Below are positions 32,149-43,107 of a stretch of 64,000 nt of DNA, piece after piece (the stretch's first letter is position 1; each line of letters starts with the position of its first letter). The notes beneath the pieces are model-generated. The model saw only the letters and a program-made list of their open reading frames with translations. It was not told where the DNA came from and searched no databases. The stretch spans positions 78,965 through 142,964 of the forward strand of contig CAXWPJ010000011.1 in the NCBI GenBank assembly GCA_963664115.2, read 5' to 3'. The position numbers and the translations under genes are program-made. This stretch comes from Terriglobia bacterium (GTDB lineage Bacteria; Acidobacteriota; Terriglobia; 20CM-2-55-15).

Positions 32149-33007
32149 GCGATTCCTTCTCAGCGCAGCGATTATAGCGCTCCTTTCGGACTCCGTGGGG
32201 TCTGCCCAGTCGCTGGCCGATGTCGCCCGAGCCGAACGGGCCCGGCGGGCGGGTTCATCGATTGAGGGCGTCATCTACACGACGGAGCAGGTCCAGTCCC
32301 GATATCCACCCGCGGTAGCGGCTTCTCAAGCCGTCGAACCTGAATTACTCGGTTCCCTGGAGGATCTGCGGGACAGTCTCCTGCAGTTCGGGGCGGACGC
32401 GGCTGAGCCGACCGCAGGACTCCTGGATGCTGGGACGGGTTTATCCGGCGGTATGGTCGAAATGCTGGAGGCCTTTGAAGCCGGTTCACTCGAGGAAATC
32501 CAACGTCTGGAGACCGAGCTTGCCAATCCCTCAACTTCTGCAGAGGAGAGATCGGCACTCGAGTCCGAACTCCTGGATGCACAAGAGGTCCTGTCTGAAG
32601 TGCGCACGGAGTTGGTTCCAGCCAGGCTGCAACTGGGGGAACTGGAGGCGGGGCGGCAACAGCTTGACGCCACGCGGAGCGAGATTGAAGCCGCCGGATT
32701 TTTCCCTTCAACTGAAGACGGAACCGTAGCTGCTGACGGCGAAGAGGCCTTGCTGGCATGGCAGGTCGCCGTTGCCGGGCAACGGGAACTAGTCCAGAAC
32801 CTCGCCGACAACGCAGTGCGGCAATTGCTGGAAATTACACGTTTGCGGGGACTTGTGACCGCACCCACCGGGTCGCAGCAGGAACGCAATGTGGCTCAAG
32901 TAGAACTTGGAATCGCGGATAGTCAACTGACGGACATTCGAACGGCATTGGACGAAGCCCGGATTGAGCTGGAACGTTTGGAGGCCGAGAGCCCGAGCCA
33001 ACCCTAG
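32147..33007 (+). CDS. secreted coiled-coil hypothetical protein
   Basis: Signal peptide followed by AQSLADVARAERARR. Heptad-rich body. Confidence 0.7.
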   Translation: MRFLLSAAIIALLSDSVGSAQSLADVARAERARRAGSSIEGVIYTTEQVQSRYPPAVAASQAVEPELLGSLEDLRDSLLQFGADAAEPTAGLLDAGTGLSGGMVEMLEAFEAGSLEEIQRLETELANPSTSAEERSALESELLDAQEVLSEVRTELVPARLQLGELEAGRQQLDATRSEIEAAGFFPSTEDGTVAADGEEALLAWQVAVAGQRELVQNLADNAVRQLLEITRLRGLVTAPTGSQQERNVAQVELGIADSQLTDIRTALDEARIELERLEAESPSQP

Positions 33008-33026
33008 CCTACCTTAGCCCTCGAGG

Positions 33027-34637
33027 ATGCCCCCAACAAATCCACAGACCCATTCGAGATCCAACGGACCTCTGCGCGATTCCGGTGATCAAAGCACCGA
33101 AGACGTTATTAGAAACGGGCCCATCGGAGAACTCCCCAAGGCGGGAAGTGCCCCTTTGATCGAAATGCGGGGAATCTGCAAATCGTTTCCGGGTGTGCGT
33201 GCGCTCGACGATGTTTCCCTTGCCGTCGACGCCGGCGAAGTTCATATGCTGCTCGGGCAGAACGGAGCCGGTAAATCGACGCTGATCAAGGTGCTGTGTG
33301 GGGCGCATTCTCCCGACGCGGGCGAGATCCTGATCGATGGCCGGCCCGTGCGTATCCACTCCACGGCCGACGCACGCCGATTGGGCATTGCGGTCATCTT
33401 CCAGGAGTTTTCTATTGTTCCCTGCCTCAACATCGCTCAGAACATTTTTCTTGGTCGTGAGTTCAGAGGACGGTTGCCGGGTCTCCTGGACCAGCGCCGG
33501 ATGCATGCCGAGGCCCGGCTTCTGCTCGACAGCTTGAGTATGAAACTCGACACGCGGACGCGTGCGGACACCCTGGGTGTGGCTGAGCAGCAGATGGTTG
33601 AGATAGCCAAAGCACTCTCCCAGAACGCACGCATCCTGGTGATGGACGAACCTACGGCCGCGATCTCGGATCACGAGATCGAACGCTTGTTCGAACGCAT
33701 CCGGGGGCTCAAGCAGGACGGCATTGCGATCATTTACATTTCGCACCGCTTGAAAGAAGTGTTTGCGATCGGAGACAAGATCACCGTACTCCGGGACGGC
33801 CGCAACGTTCGTTCGCTTGAACCTCGGAACACGAGCATGGACGAGTTGGTGCAATTGATGGTTGGCCGCGGGGTCGAGGCTACGAGTGCTCAAACCGTCG
33901 CACGCGAACCCGGAGAGACCGTGCTCGATGTGCGGAACCTGAAGGCTGCGAATGGCGTTGACGGAGCGAACCTCAAGGTGCGGGCCGGGGAGATCGTTGG
34001 ACTTGCTGGCCTGGTCGGAGCCGGGAGAAGCGAACTGGCGCGCGCCATATTCGGGGCCGACCGCGTTCTCAGTGGGGAAGTGCGGCTGAAGGGCTCCCGG
34101 TTAAAAGGCAATCCTGCCGATGCTGTGCGCCGTGGCATCGGACTCGTTCCTGAAAATCGCAAGGAAGAAGGCCTGGCCCTGATTCGTTCCGTTCAAGACA
34201 ACCTGTTGGTTGCAGGTCTGGGCCCTCTGTTCCCCGATCGCTGGTACCGGTTCAGAAAGGCAGCTCAGGTGGTTGCTGGTCTCATCGATCAGCTTAGAGT
34301 CGTGACACCATCGCCGGGAAGGCTCGTGAAGTTTCTCAGCGGTGGTAATCAGCAGAAAGTGGTTATCGGCAAGTGGCTGAACGCCAGCACACGGCTCTAT
34401 ATTTTTGACGAACCCGCTCGTGGTATCGATGTCGGAGCCAAGGCGGAAATCTTCGGGCTGATAGAAACACTGGTTGCCAAAGGGGCCGCTGTGCTGATGA
34501 TCAGCTCTGAGCTGCCTGAAATTGTTTCTCTTTGCGATCGGGCATACGTGATGCGCGACAAGAGGATCGTTGGAGAACTGCGTCATAGCGATTTGACGGA
34601 AGAAAATATTCTCAAACTGGCCATGCACCATGGGTGA
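33027..34637 (+). CDS. monosaccharide ABC transporter ATP-binding protein (RbsA-like)
   Basis: GQNGAGKST, MDEPT and a second NBD with LSGGNQQKV. True start may be downstream. Confidence 0.93.
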   Translation: MPPTNPQTHSRSNGPLRDSGDQSTEDVIRNGPIGELPKAGSAPLIEMRGICKSFPGVRALDDVSLAVDAGEVHMLLGQNGAGKSTLIKVLCGAHSPDAGEILIDGRPVRIHSTADARRLGIAVIFQEFSIVPCLNIAQNIFLGREFRGRLPGLLDQRRMHAEARLLLDSLSMKLDTRTRADTLGVAEQQMVEIAKALSQNARILVMDEPTAAISDHEIERLFERIRGLKQDGIAIIYISHRLKEVFAIGDKITVLRDGRNVRSLEPRNTSMDELVQLMVGRGVEATSAQTVAREPGETVLDVRNLKAANGVDGANLKVRAGEIVGLAGLVGAGRSELARAIFGADRVLSGEVRLKGSRLKGNPADAVRRGIGLVPENRKEEGLALIRSVQDNLLVAGLGPLFPDRWYRFRKAAQVVAGLIDQLRVVTPSPGRLVKFLSGGNQQKVVIGKWLNASTRLYIFDEPARGIDVGAKAEIFGLIETLVAKGAAVLMISSELPEIVSLCDRAYVMRDKRIVGELRHSDLTEENILKLAMHHG

Positions 34638-35592
34638 GACCTCCCCCATTGCGGCCGATGCCGGCCAGAGACGGCGCAGGGCGAGGGTCCCGGGTGTTGC
34701 TTATCTACTGGCACTGATGCTGGTGGTGTTTTCTGTCTTCGGGACGCGTTTCGCCTCCGTTCCGAACCTGCTCAACATCGGAACGCAATCTTCGATTCTG
34801 CTGTTGCTGGCATTGCCCATGACGCTGATCATCATGGCCGAAGGCCTGGACCTGTCGATGGGTGCGGTGCTTGGATTGAGTGGCATTGTTCTGGCGATGG
34901 CGCTGGTGGAAGGGTATTCGATCACTGTTGCCCTGCTGGGGGCTTTGCTTGTGGGTCTCGTCTTTGGAGTCGCGAACGGTTTGCTGGTCACCGTTCTCGA
35001 GATGCCGCCTTTTGTCGTCACTCTGGGAACCCTGGGTGTGGCCCAGGGGGCCGCGCTGGTTGTGACTGACGGGCAGAGCGTTGTGGGTATCGGACTGGGG
35101 CTCTCTACTCTCTATTCCAGCACCTGGGGAGGCCTCCCCTTTTCGGTGCTCGTGGCCGCGTCGGCCTACTTCGTATTTCACTATCTCTTGTACCACACAC
35201 GTTTCGGTACCTACGTGTTTGCCATTGGTGGCAATCGTGAGGCCTTGATTCTTGCCGGCGTGCCGGCACGGCTGTATCAGGTATCGATATACGCCCTTGG
35301 AGGGATGATGGCCGGGTTCGGAGCGCTGCTCCTGACCGGCCGTATGAATTCGGGTCACCCGACAGCGGCCATTGGCATGGAGTTCGACGCGATTGCCGCC
35401 GTCATCGTCGGGGGCACCCGCTTCGAACGTGGCGACGGCTGGTTGGGGGGCACAGTGCTTGGCGTCCTGGCCGTCGGTGTACTTAAGAACGGACTGAACG
35501 TGCTAGCCGTTCCGTCTTCACTTCAGGTTGCCAGCATCGGAGGCCTGGTCATCGTTGCGTTGCTGATCGATTCGATCCGGGGGCGCGCATGA
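34630..35592 (+). CDS. ABC transporter permease (RbsC-like)
   Basis: GLDLSMG, PPFVVTLG, GGNREA, AIAAVIVGG. Confidence 0.92.
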   Translation: MGETSPIAADAGQRRRRARVPGVAYLLALMLVVFSVFGTRFASVPNLLNIGTQSSILLLLALPMTLIIMAEGLDLSMGAVLGLSGIVLAMALVEGYSITVALLGALLVGLVFGVANGLLVTVLEMPPFVVTLGTLGVAQGAALVVTDGQSVVGIGLGLSTLYSSTWGGLPFSVLVAASAYFVFHYLLYHTRFGTYVFAIGGNREALILAGVPARLYQVSIYALGGMMAGFGALLLTGRMNSGHPTAAIGMEFDAIAAVIVGGTRFERGDGWLGGTVLGVLAVGVLKNGLNVLAVPSSLQVASIGGLVIVALLIDSIRGRA

Positions 35593-36569
35593 CCCGCCCC
35601 GGCGCGGCAGAGGTTGTCCACAACGGACTGCCCGTGAATGTCACCGCCGTCGGATACCGCTTGATCGGCGTGCTGTGCCTCGGGATAGCGCTCGCGCTGT
35701 CCACGGATGCTTTCCTGACTGTTCCAAATTTGCTCAATGTGTTGCGGCAGGCGAGCTTGATCTTCCTGATCGGATCGGGCCTTACGCTGGTCATCGTGAC
35801 GGCAGGTCTCGATCTGTCCGTTGGGGCGACCGTCGGACTGAGTGCATGTCTGGCAGCGGCGGCGATTCAGGCCACGGGCACGATCACGCTGGGTATTGCG
35901 GCCGGTTTGGGGTGTGGTCTGCTGATAGGCGTTCTGAACGGGTTCATGGTTGCCTTGTTGCGGCTCCCACCCTTCATAGCGACTTACGGCATGCTTTGGA
36001 TGGTATACGGGATCAACTACTGGTATATGGCGGGCAGCACTATTTACGGTTTTCCTCCGGGATTCCGGAATCTGGGAAGTGGTTACCTGCTCGGCATCCC
36101 GATTCCGGTCTATCTGACGGTTCTGTGTATCCTTGTTGGCGGAATGTTCACACGCTACACTACCTACGGCCACGACGTGTACGCGCTCGGAGCGAACCGG
36201 GAGGCGGCGCGTCTGTCAGGTATTCCCATACGCTCCCGCCTCATGCTCGTATATACCTTGAGTGGCGCGATGGCAGGCCTCTCGGGAGTGGTCTATCTGG
36301 CACGGCTGAATTCAGCCGAAGCCGGCATCGGCGAACCCCTCCTGTTGCCCGCGATCGCGGCCGTGTTGATCGGTGGTACGTCCCTGTTTGGTGGAGTGGG
36401 CAGTCTCTCGGGCACTTTTATTGGTGCGCTGATATTGACACTGGCACTGAACGGAATGAACCTGCTGACGATCAACGCCGACTGGCAACCCTTGATCACC
36501 GGTGCGATCGTCTTGCTGGCAGCCTGGATCGATGCTTCAACCCGGAGGCGCGCGCAAGAGCGCGCATGA
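35589..36569 (+). CDS. ABC transporter permease (RbsC-like), second
   Basis: GLDLSVG, PPFIAT, GANREAARLSGI, AIAAVLIGGTS. Confidence 0.92.
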   Translation: MTRPGAAEVVHNGLPVNVTAVGYRLIGVLCLGIALALSTDAFLTVPNLLNVLRQASLIFLIGSGLTLVIVTAGLDLSVGATVGLSACLAAAAIQATGTITLGIAAGLGCGLLIGVLNGFMVALLRLPPFIATYGMLWMVYGINYWYMAGSTIYGFPPGFRNLGSGYLLGIPIPVYLTVLCILVGGMFTRYTTYGHDVYALGANREAARLSGIPIRSRLMLVYTLSGAMAGLSGVVYLARLNSAEAGIGEPLLLPAIAAVLIGGTSLFGGVGSLSGTFIGALILTLALNGMNLLTINADWQPLITGAIVLLAAWIDASTRRRAQERA

Positions 36570-36615
36570 GATGGGGGGACATCTGGTGAAGACTCAATAT
36601 GAACAGGAGGAATCC

Positions 36616-37629
36616 ATGAAAGAGGTATTCGCAAAGCTAATGGTTGGGGTCCTCCTTGTCGGAATACTGACGGCGTGCGCTTCGAACGGACTCGATGAAG
36701 GCGCGGGTGGTGAGGCCGGCGACGCGCGGGAAACCATAGCGGTGTTCACCAAGAACCAGACCAACCCGTTTTTTGAAACCGTGCGCACTGGGGCTGAAAA
36801 CGCGGCAGCGCAAATGAATGCTGATGTCGTCCATTACGTACCCACGCGACCCGACAGCATACCGGAACAGATGAGCCAGATCGAGGACATCATCATCAGC
36901 AGACCGGATGCGATTGTTTTCACCCCCGTGGATTCCCAGGCGATGGTTCCGGGCATCCTGATGTTAAACGTCGCCGACATCCCAATCGTAAACATTACCG
37001 ACCCCGTAGCGGGCGGCGATGTCGTCAGTTTCATGGGTTGTGACGAATTCACTCTTGCGCTCAACACGGCACGCTACCTTTTTGAGCGACTGAACGGGAG
37101 CGGGAACGTGATCATCCTGGAAGGCGTAGGCGGTTCCGTAAACAGCGCCAATCGTGTTGGGGGATACATGACTGCGCTCGAAGACTTCCCGAATATCACC
37201 TTGTTGGCTTCGCAACCGGGAAATTTCCAGCGATTGCAGGCGCTCCAGGTGATGGAAAACCTGATTCAGACCTATCCCCGGATCGATGGCGTGCTAGCCG
37301 CCAACGATTCGATGGCTCTAGGTGCGATCGAGGCTCTGGATGGGGCCAACCGCACCGCCCTTGTCGTCGGCCTCAATGGAACGAAGGAAGCGGTGGATGC
37401 CATCAAAGCGGGAACCCTGCTGGCAACCGGAGATTGCGATGGTTTCAAGCATGGATGTATGGGTACGATGGCCGCCGTACGGCACCTGCGCAACCTGCCA
37501 GTGCCCGCGGAGTTCAACTTCGCGGTTACCGTAATCGACGATACAAACTACGGAAGTCTCGACTTGCCCGTGGAGCAGCGTGTCTGCCCGGCATGGGAGA
37601 GTGTTGAAGGAATAGTGGATGGTGAATAA
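36616..37629 (+). CDS. sugar ABC transporter substrate-binding lipoprotein
   Basis: Lipobox LTAC, NPFF, AANDSMALGA. Start follows GGAGG. Confidence 0.9.
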   Translation: MKEVFAKLMVGVLLVGILTACASNGLDEGAGGEAGDARETIAVFTKNQTNPFFETVRTGAENAAAQMNADVVHYVPTRPDSIPEQMSQIEDIIISRPDAIVFTPVDSQAMVPGILMLNVADIPIVNITDPVAGGDVVSFMGCDEFTLALNTARYLFERLNGSGNVIILEGVGGSVNSANRVGGYMTALEDFPNITLLASQPGNFQRLQALQVMENLIQTYPRIDGVLAANDSMALGAIEALDGANRTALVVGLNGTKEAVDAIKAGTLLATGDCDGFKHGCMGTMAAVRHLRNLPVPAEFNFAVTVIDDTNYGSLDLPVEQRVCPAWESVEGIVDGE

Positions 37630-37631
37630 AA

Positions 37632-37677
37632 GCGTGAGCGATGGAACCCGAACCCAGGGCCACTGGAGCCACAATCC
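37632..37677 (-). pseudogene. degenerate tRNA-His(GTG) 3' half (att remnant)
   Basis: Minus strand GGATTGTGGCTCCAGTGGCCCTGGGTTCGGGTTCCATCGCTCAC. Shares 23 identical bp (CCACTGGAGCCACAATCCCAGGG) with the copy at 50636. Confidence 0.75.
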
Positions 37678-38309
37678 CAGGGGGCGTTGCTTTCCACCTT
37701 TCGCAGAACGTTTTCACTCGGTCTCGAATCCGATTCCATAGCCAATAAGCCCTTCAAAAAAAGAGCTTCGAGCATAAACAGAGAATTCCAGTTGACAAAA
37801 ACATGTACACGAATCGAAGCTTGGAGCATCTTTCGTCGCTGAGGCTCAGGGAAGGGCACGACAATATAGGTGTTTTCCCTGAGTCATTTCTTGACTGGGA
37901 CTTTCCGGCATTTTTCGGCCTGTCCGTCAGTTCAGCGTAGCGAAGGAATCACAATACTATGGCTGGCAGGAAGCAAGCCGTGGGCATTGAAGAACTCGGT
38001 GCCCACACCAGAAAGGATGCTGGAATCTCCATCGGGTCTCCCACGACCCGCAGATCTTCGCGTACTCGACCTGTGCGCAAATTCAGCAACCCACCCGAGA
38101 CTGTCTCCGGTGGAGCATCTCGCTTTTTCCTTTCAGCCCTGAAGAATTCTGGGGCACGCCTGTGAGATCCCAAGACAGCTCGGGATAGGTTTCCGAGCGA
38201 GTTGGGTGTAGACCTCATGGCCGGCTCCTTTCAGTTTGCGCCAAGGATTGTCCTTGCGGACGATCGCTTACGGTCCCACGGCGCAAACTTTGGAGATAGG
38301 GAGAAACGC

Positions 38310-40805
38310 ATGATATTCGGTCTCAAAAAGATGTCGTCATCGATTGTGTTGGGCGTGCTGTTGCTACACCTCGTGCCCGCAGTAGATGTAGTTGCGCAGG
38401 ATTCCACAGGTACCGTTGCGCTGGATCCTTTAGATTCTACTTATGTGCAGGATTCCGCGGAAGCGGCTGCTGCGCGGGATCGTATCGAGGTCATCATCCG
38501 GCTGGACGGCTCAATGGAGAAGGTGCGCCGACTTGTTGAATCGTTAGGGGGAAACGTGACCCGCGAATACCGTTACCTGGGCAGCTTGCTTGCTGAAGTA
38601 CCCACCCGCGTGCTGGAGCGCTTGAAGTCAGCGGCGGCGGTTAAACAAATGTTCAGAAACAGTCCGATCCAGGCGCCCGAGCTCGTGTGGCCGTTCGGGG
38701 GACGTGAGGTGGCAGAAGCTGCCAGCCCGGATGCGCTGGCGAACATCAACTCCAATGGATCGACGCCGATCACAGACGTGGTGACCTATGCCCTGGCCAA
38801 CCCGGGCTCTTACATCATCAACCACGATGCGGATAATGTCCGGGAGTTGCATCAGGCCGGTCTGACCGGCGAGGGCGTGATTGTTGCCGTTGTCGATTCT
38901 GGACTCCGACCGAATTTTGGACACTTCGATGAGGGCACGACCGTAATCGGATGCGAGGATTTCGTTGGCGATGGTAACGGCTGTATCGATCGCAACAACG
39001 ATGGTCACGGCACGGCGGTCGCGGGAATCATTGCGGCTGGAGCCGAGTTTCATTTCCCTCCCAGTAACGTGTTCCTCCAATCGGTCTCCATTCATGCCCC
39101 CGATGCGGCCCTGGATCGTCTACCCAACCCGGCTCCGGACACCGTCGCCATGATTGGAAGCGCCCCGGACGCACAGATCTATGCTTTAAGGGTTTTCGGC
39201 AACCTTGCCGCCTCGAGTACCGCAACCATATTGGAAGCCATTGACAGGATCATCGAGTTGAAAACAGTAGAACTCGTGGATATTCGCGTCGCGAACTTCA
39301 GTCTCGGCCGCCGGACGATTTATGCAGGACTGGACGACTTCGATCAGGAATTTGAGATTCTCCTTGCTAACGGCATCGTGCCGATAGTCTCGACTGGCAA
39401 TGCCGGTCCAGCACTCCTTACGACTGCCAGCCCGGCCAGTGCTTTCAGCGCCATCGCTGTGGGCGCGGGCAGTCTGGTCCACCAGGACCGCATCGTGGGC
39501 GATGTGGGGTTCTTTGGTGCGCCGGGCCCCGGCGATACGTTGCGTCCGTTCGCTCCAGGGCAGACCGCGTGGTTCAGTTCGCGCGGGCCGCACGCAGATG
39601 GCCGTCAGGGACCTCAAGTCATGTCCGATGGTTTTGGGGTCTACGGAGCCGGATTGGCCAATCAAAGTGGCAACGTCAGTCTCGTTAACGGAAGCAGTTT
39701 CAGCGCACCCAACGTTGCCGGTATTGCGGCCCTGCTCTGGGAAGATCTTGATAACCATTCTGTCCCTTCCAACGATCTTTCCGCCACACGCATCCGGAAC
39801 GCCATCGTTGGAAGCGGTAGTGGTGCGATCATCGTTGGTGGCGAGACACCCGACGATCAGGGGAATGGGTGGGTGGACGCGGCCGCCGCCCTCGGCAACC
39901 TGGCGAAATCTGATGAAACCTTGCCGCCACCTCCGTCGCCGGGAATTCTCGTAAAAGACAACATCGGCAAGACATTGGCGGGCGTGGGAGACATAACATT
40001 CCTTGAGAATCTGGAACCCGGCGACCGCCAGGATGTCATCTATGAAGTCCTTGCAGGGGATGTGGGATTGAGGGTCTCGCTAACCAACATATCGACGGGA
40101 ACAATGTGCCAAGGTCCAGCGCCTTTTTTTGGTAATGAGCTTCAGTTGGCCATCCACTCCGCCAAGACATCCACCGCGGGACCCTCGGGACAGTATTATG
40201 ACCTGAAACCGAACGAAGGATTTGAGCACGCGTTTATTGGACAATCGGACCTGGACGGCAGCAATGTTTCGGGTGTGTTGCCGGGGGCCTGTGACATTGA
40301 CGGGTGTTCTTTCGACCTGCCGACTCCCGAACCGGGACTTGTCCGCATCAGCGTCAGTGGTGCAACCACAAACGGTTGTGACATGTCGGCACATGTCGAG
40401 ATCCCTTCATTTACACCGGGCCCATTACCTATCCCTCTGCTGAATACCGGAACGGTTCTGGACCTTGACACGATGTTTGCGGGTTCGATCATTGTGAATT
40501 CCGGAGACGCAGAGATAGCGTTCGAGCTCTCGTGGGACAGTAACTGGACACACTACGTCGGGAACGACCTGGAACTCCTGGTTTTCATGCCCGGATACCC
40601 AGCCCCGCTGCCGCTCGGCCTGACTCTCAACGCGCCTGAGAAGTTCATCATCAATTCGGAAATCCTGACGGCTCTTCTCGGAGCGCATCCGCCCGTTCCG
40701 CTTCCGACGGGGACTTGGACCCTGTACGTTCAGGGATTCGAGGTCAACGAGGAACTTGGAGAATTCTGGGAACTTCGGGCCACGATTGATGGCGTTCCAC
40801 AGTGA
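38310..40805 (+). CDS. secreted S8 subtilisin-like serine peptidase with C-terminal beta domains
   Basis: Catalytic triad VVDSG / HGTAVAG / GSSFSAP, plus an I9-like propeptide. Start uncertain (38202-38331). Confidence 0.88.
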   Translation: MIFGLKKMSSSIVLGVLLLHLVPAVDVVAQDSTGTVALDPLDSTYVQDSAEAAAARDRIEVIIRLDGSMEKVRRLVESLGGNVTREYRYLGSLLAEVPTRVLERLKSAAAVKQMFRNSPIQAPELVWPFGGREVAEAASPDALANINSNGSTPITDVVTYALANPGSYIINHDADNVRELHQAGLTGEGVIVAVVDSGLRPNFGHFDEGTTVIGCEDFVGDGNGCIDRNNDGHGTAVAGIIAAGAEFHFPPSNVFLQSVSIHAPDAALDRLPNPAPDTVAMIGSAPDAQIYALRVFGNLAASSTATILEAIDRIIELKTVELVDIRVANFSLGRRTIYAGLDDFDQEFEILLANGIVPIVSTGNAGPALLTTASPASAFSAIAVGAGSLVHQDRIVGDVGFFGAPGPGDTLRPFAPGQTAWFSSRGPHADGRQGPQVMSDGFGVYGAGLANQSGNVSLVNGSSFSAPNVAGIAALLWEDLDNHSVPSNDLSATRIRNAIVGSGSGAIIVGGETPDDQGNGWVDAAAALGNLAKSDETLPPPPSPGILVKDNIGKTLAGVGDITFLENLEPGDRQDVIYEVLAGDVGLRVSLTNISTGTMCQGPAPFFGNELQLAIHSAKTSTAGPSGQYYDLKPNEGFEHAFIGQSDLDGSNVSGVLPGACDIDGCSFDLPTPEPGLVRISVSGATTNGCDMSAHVEIPSFTPGPLPIPLLNTGTVLDLDTMFAGSIIVNSGDAEIAFELSWDSNWTHYVGNDLELLVFMPGYPAPLPLGLTLNAPEKFIINSEILTALLGAHPPVPLPTGTWTLYVQGFEVNEELGEFWELRATIDGVPQ

Positions 40806-41003
40806 GTCGTCATCCAGGATCGAATAGAAGAAGGGTGGCTCTACTCGACTTTCGAAAATAGACCGATTTACGGAACGGACACGCGTTTCGCAAGTTCTTC
40901 TGGGCAGTTTCTGGGTGTGGTTTAATATCCGTTCACGAGAACAACCGGCTGCGCTGCGAGCCGAGTCTCGCACGCACCGGATGGTGCCCAAAGGAGGACG
41001 GGA

Positions 41004-41681
41004 ATGATGCAGACATATTTTGAAGAACTGATGGTGGGAGCCGTGGTTGCGGTCGCGACTCTATTGATCGCGCCGATTGTGGCGGCCCAAACGCCCGTTC
41101 CCCGACCGGTCATGCCCCCTGCGCTTCCGGCGGTGCATGTGGTTGATGTGATGACGGGGCAGGGGGCGGCCGAGCTCGAGGTACAGTGGAAGACGATGGA
41201 GGCGAAAATTGTCGAGCGGGCGCCGATCGACGCAGCGCTTCCCGGTTACACGACTGCGTACGATATTTCGCCCCATGCCGGCGAGACGGGCTTCGACGAT
41301 TCGCATTGGCCAGCAATTGAGGCAGAGGACCTTGCGGCACGGCGCAGCGGTGGACATGTCGCTTTCATTTGGTACCGTACTGACCTGACCATCCCCGAAA
41401 GGATTGGAGATTTCGAGACGGCGGGCACAAAGGCGGTGCTGACAGTATTGGTCGACGATTACGCTGAAGTCTGGGTTGATGGGCAAATGCCGCGCCAGGC
41501 CGGCTATCCGAGTCCGGCGACGATTCAGGGCTTCAACATGCCGAACCGCGTGACGCTAACCGATGCCGTGCGGCCGGGCGACAAATTCGAAATCGCTGTG
41601 TTCGGCATCAACGGACCGATCTCGGTTGCGCCCGCGAACACAGTGTGGTTCCGCGAAGCGCGGCTTGAATTTTATCGGTAA
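41004..41681 (+). CDS. secreted protein with galactose-binding-like (GH2 N-terminal-type) domain
   Basis: FDDSHW, WYRTDLTIP, VDDYAEVWVDG. Confidence 0.65.
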   Translation: MMQTYFEELMVGAVVAVATLLIAPIVAAQTPVPRPVMPPALPAVHVVDVMTGQGAAELEVQWKTMEAKIVERAPIDAALPGYTTAYDISPHAGETGFDDSHWPAIEAEDLAARRSGGHVAFIWYRTDLTIPERIGDFETAGTKAVLTVLVDDYAEVWVDGQMPRQAGYPSPATIQGFNMPNRVTLTDAVRPGDKFEIAVFGINGPISVAPANTVWFREARLEFYR

Positions 41682-41938
41682 GATTGCACCCTCCCCTTGC
41701 GGAGGGTCATTGGCGAATGCGCCTTGGAGTGCCGGTTCCCGTTATCACCAGCCTGTGAGGCCAGGTCTCAGATCGCCGGCTTGCGGGAACGTCCTCCGTT
41801 GAGACCACAAACGGGGCAGTCAAAATTGTTCGGACAGAAGGGAGCATGTTTCCTGACAGCCGTGCTCACCATTAAACACGGAACGTCTCACCAGCCCCAC
41901 ACCCGGACCTCATGCCCTTTCCTGTGGATCCAGTAAAG

Positions 41939-42886
41939 TTACAAACGTTCCTTGAGTTTGTCGATGAGTGCCTCGATAACCTTCTTGCCTTCGGGTGATG
42001 CGCCTTCGTACTGCGTGATCAGATTCTCCAGGTTCACCCCAGCGAGTGCCGCCGGTTTCCTTCTGACGCTGTCAAGTCCGACCTTCGGAAGAATAGCGGT
42101 GCTGACACGTTCGAGCGCTGAGAACAAGAAATCAGAGTTATAGCCGGCAATAAATGCCAGAGCGGACGAACTGATTTCAATAATTCCAGTGCCTGTGCTC
42201 ACTTGGGAGATGATGATCTTGACCACTCCGCCGGCAACGAGGCCGAGAAGCAGTCGGTTGTAATACTCTGGAATCCGCAGCGTATCGAAGGTTCGATGGT
42301 GTAGCTTCTGGTGGGCAGACCGTAAAAGAGTCGTGAGTGCTCCAAGACCACCGTAAGCAAATGGCACAATCGAGCGGAGAACCTCTGCCAGCATGTGCAG
42401 ACGAACAAATCCGTCGTTAGTATCCGGATCCAAGGGGTAGAAGCGCTGAAGCAGATTGTCGTAGTTTTCGGTGGCTACGACGACAACGGCGAGTGCAATT
42501 GTCCAGAGCCAGAGTTTACGAGACCACATCATTGCTTTGGATCTGTTGCCGGGCGCCCACAGACGAACATTGCGCCCATGCCCGTCGTCGGTCGCTCTCA
42601 AACTCGCCGCGGTGACCGGGGCCAGGCACTGCACTAAGTCACGGTACGCTCTTTGAAACCGTTCCTGGGACTTCGCCTCGGTCTTTTCATCCTTATCCGG
42701 CGGCCGAACAACAAGGTCGGTGATCAGGCTATCCGGCACTGATTCGCCGCTTGCGAGTGCGAACTCGAGAAGCAAATTTGCATCTTCCATCTCGCCCACG
42801 ATCCGTTCGTGTTGAATACTCAGAACTTTATCAATCAACGCATCGCTCGGAATCTCAGTCGATGACGCAATATGGTCGTCAGTCAT
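41939..42886 (-). CDS. hypothetical multi-pass membrane protein
   Basis: About four hydrophobic segments (GGLGA, LLGLVAGG, ALAFIAGY). Confidence 0.7.
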   Translation of the reverse strand: MTDDHIASSTEIPSDALIDKVLSIQHERIVGEMEDANLLLEFALASGESVPDSLITDLVVRPPDKDEKTEAKSQERFQRAYRDLVQCLAPVTAASLRATDDGHGRNVRLWAPGNRSKAMMWSRKLWLWTIALAVVVVATENYDNLLQRFYPLDPDTNDGFVRLHMLAEVLRSIVPFAYGGLGALTTLLRSAHQKLHHRTFDTLRIPEYYNRLLLGLVAGGVVKIIISQVSTGTGIIEISSSALAFIAGYNSDFLFSALERVSTAILPKVGLDSVRRKPAALAGVNLENLITQYEGASPEGKKVIEALIDKLKERL

Positions 42887-43107
42887 TTAGCTTCCTTGTC
42901 CCGTGCGCGCCACGCTCCACCGAAACCACCGTTACCAATTGCGGACCAAGTCCTGTAGCGGCCGGGCTGTTGGCGGGATTGCATCGTTGTTTTAGCCTGT
43001 CTCTCACTGAACCGTGAAAAACTCGATAAAAGATACTAAAGAAGGGATTTAGAAGCAATCAAAGTCTCACTTCCTGTAATTGTTCAACGAACATGCCATC
43101 CGTTGAA

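Noticed and set aside
37870-38300. Riboswitch or ncRNA upstream of the S8 protease
   Set aside because: Hairpins are present, but I recognise no aptamer consensus.
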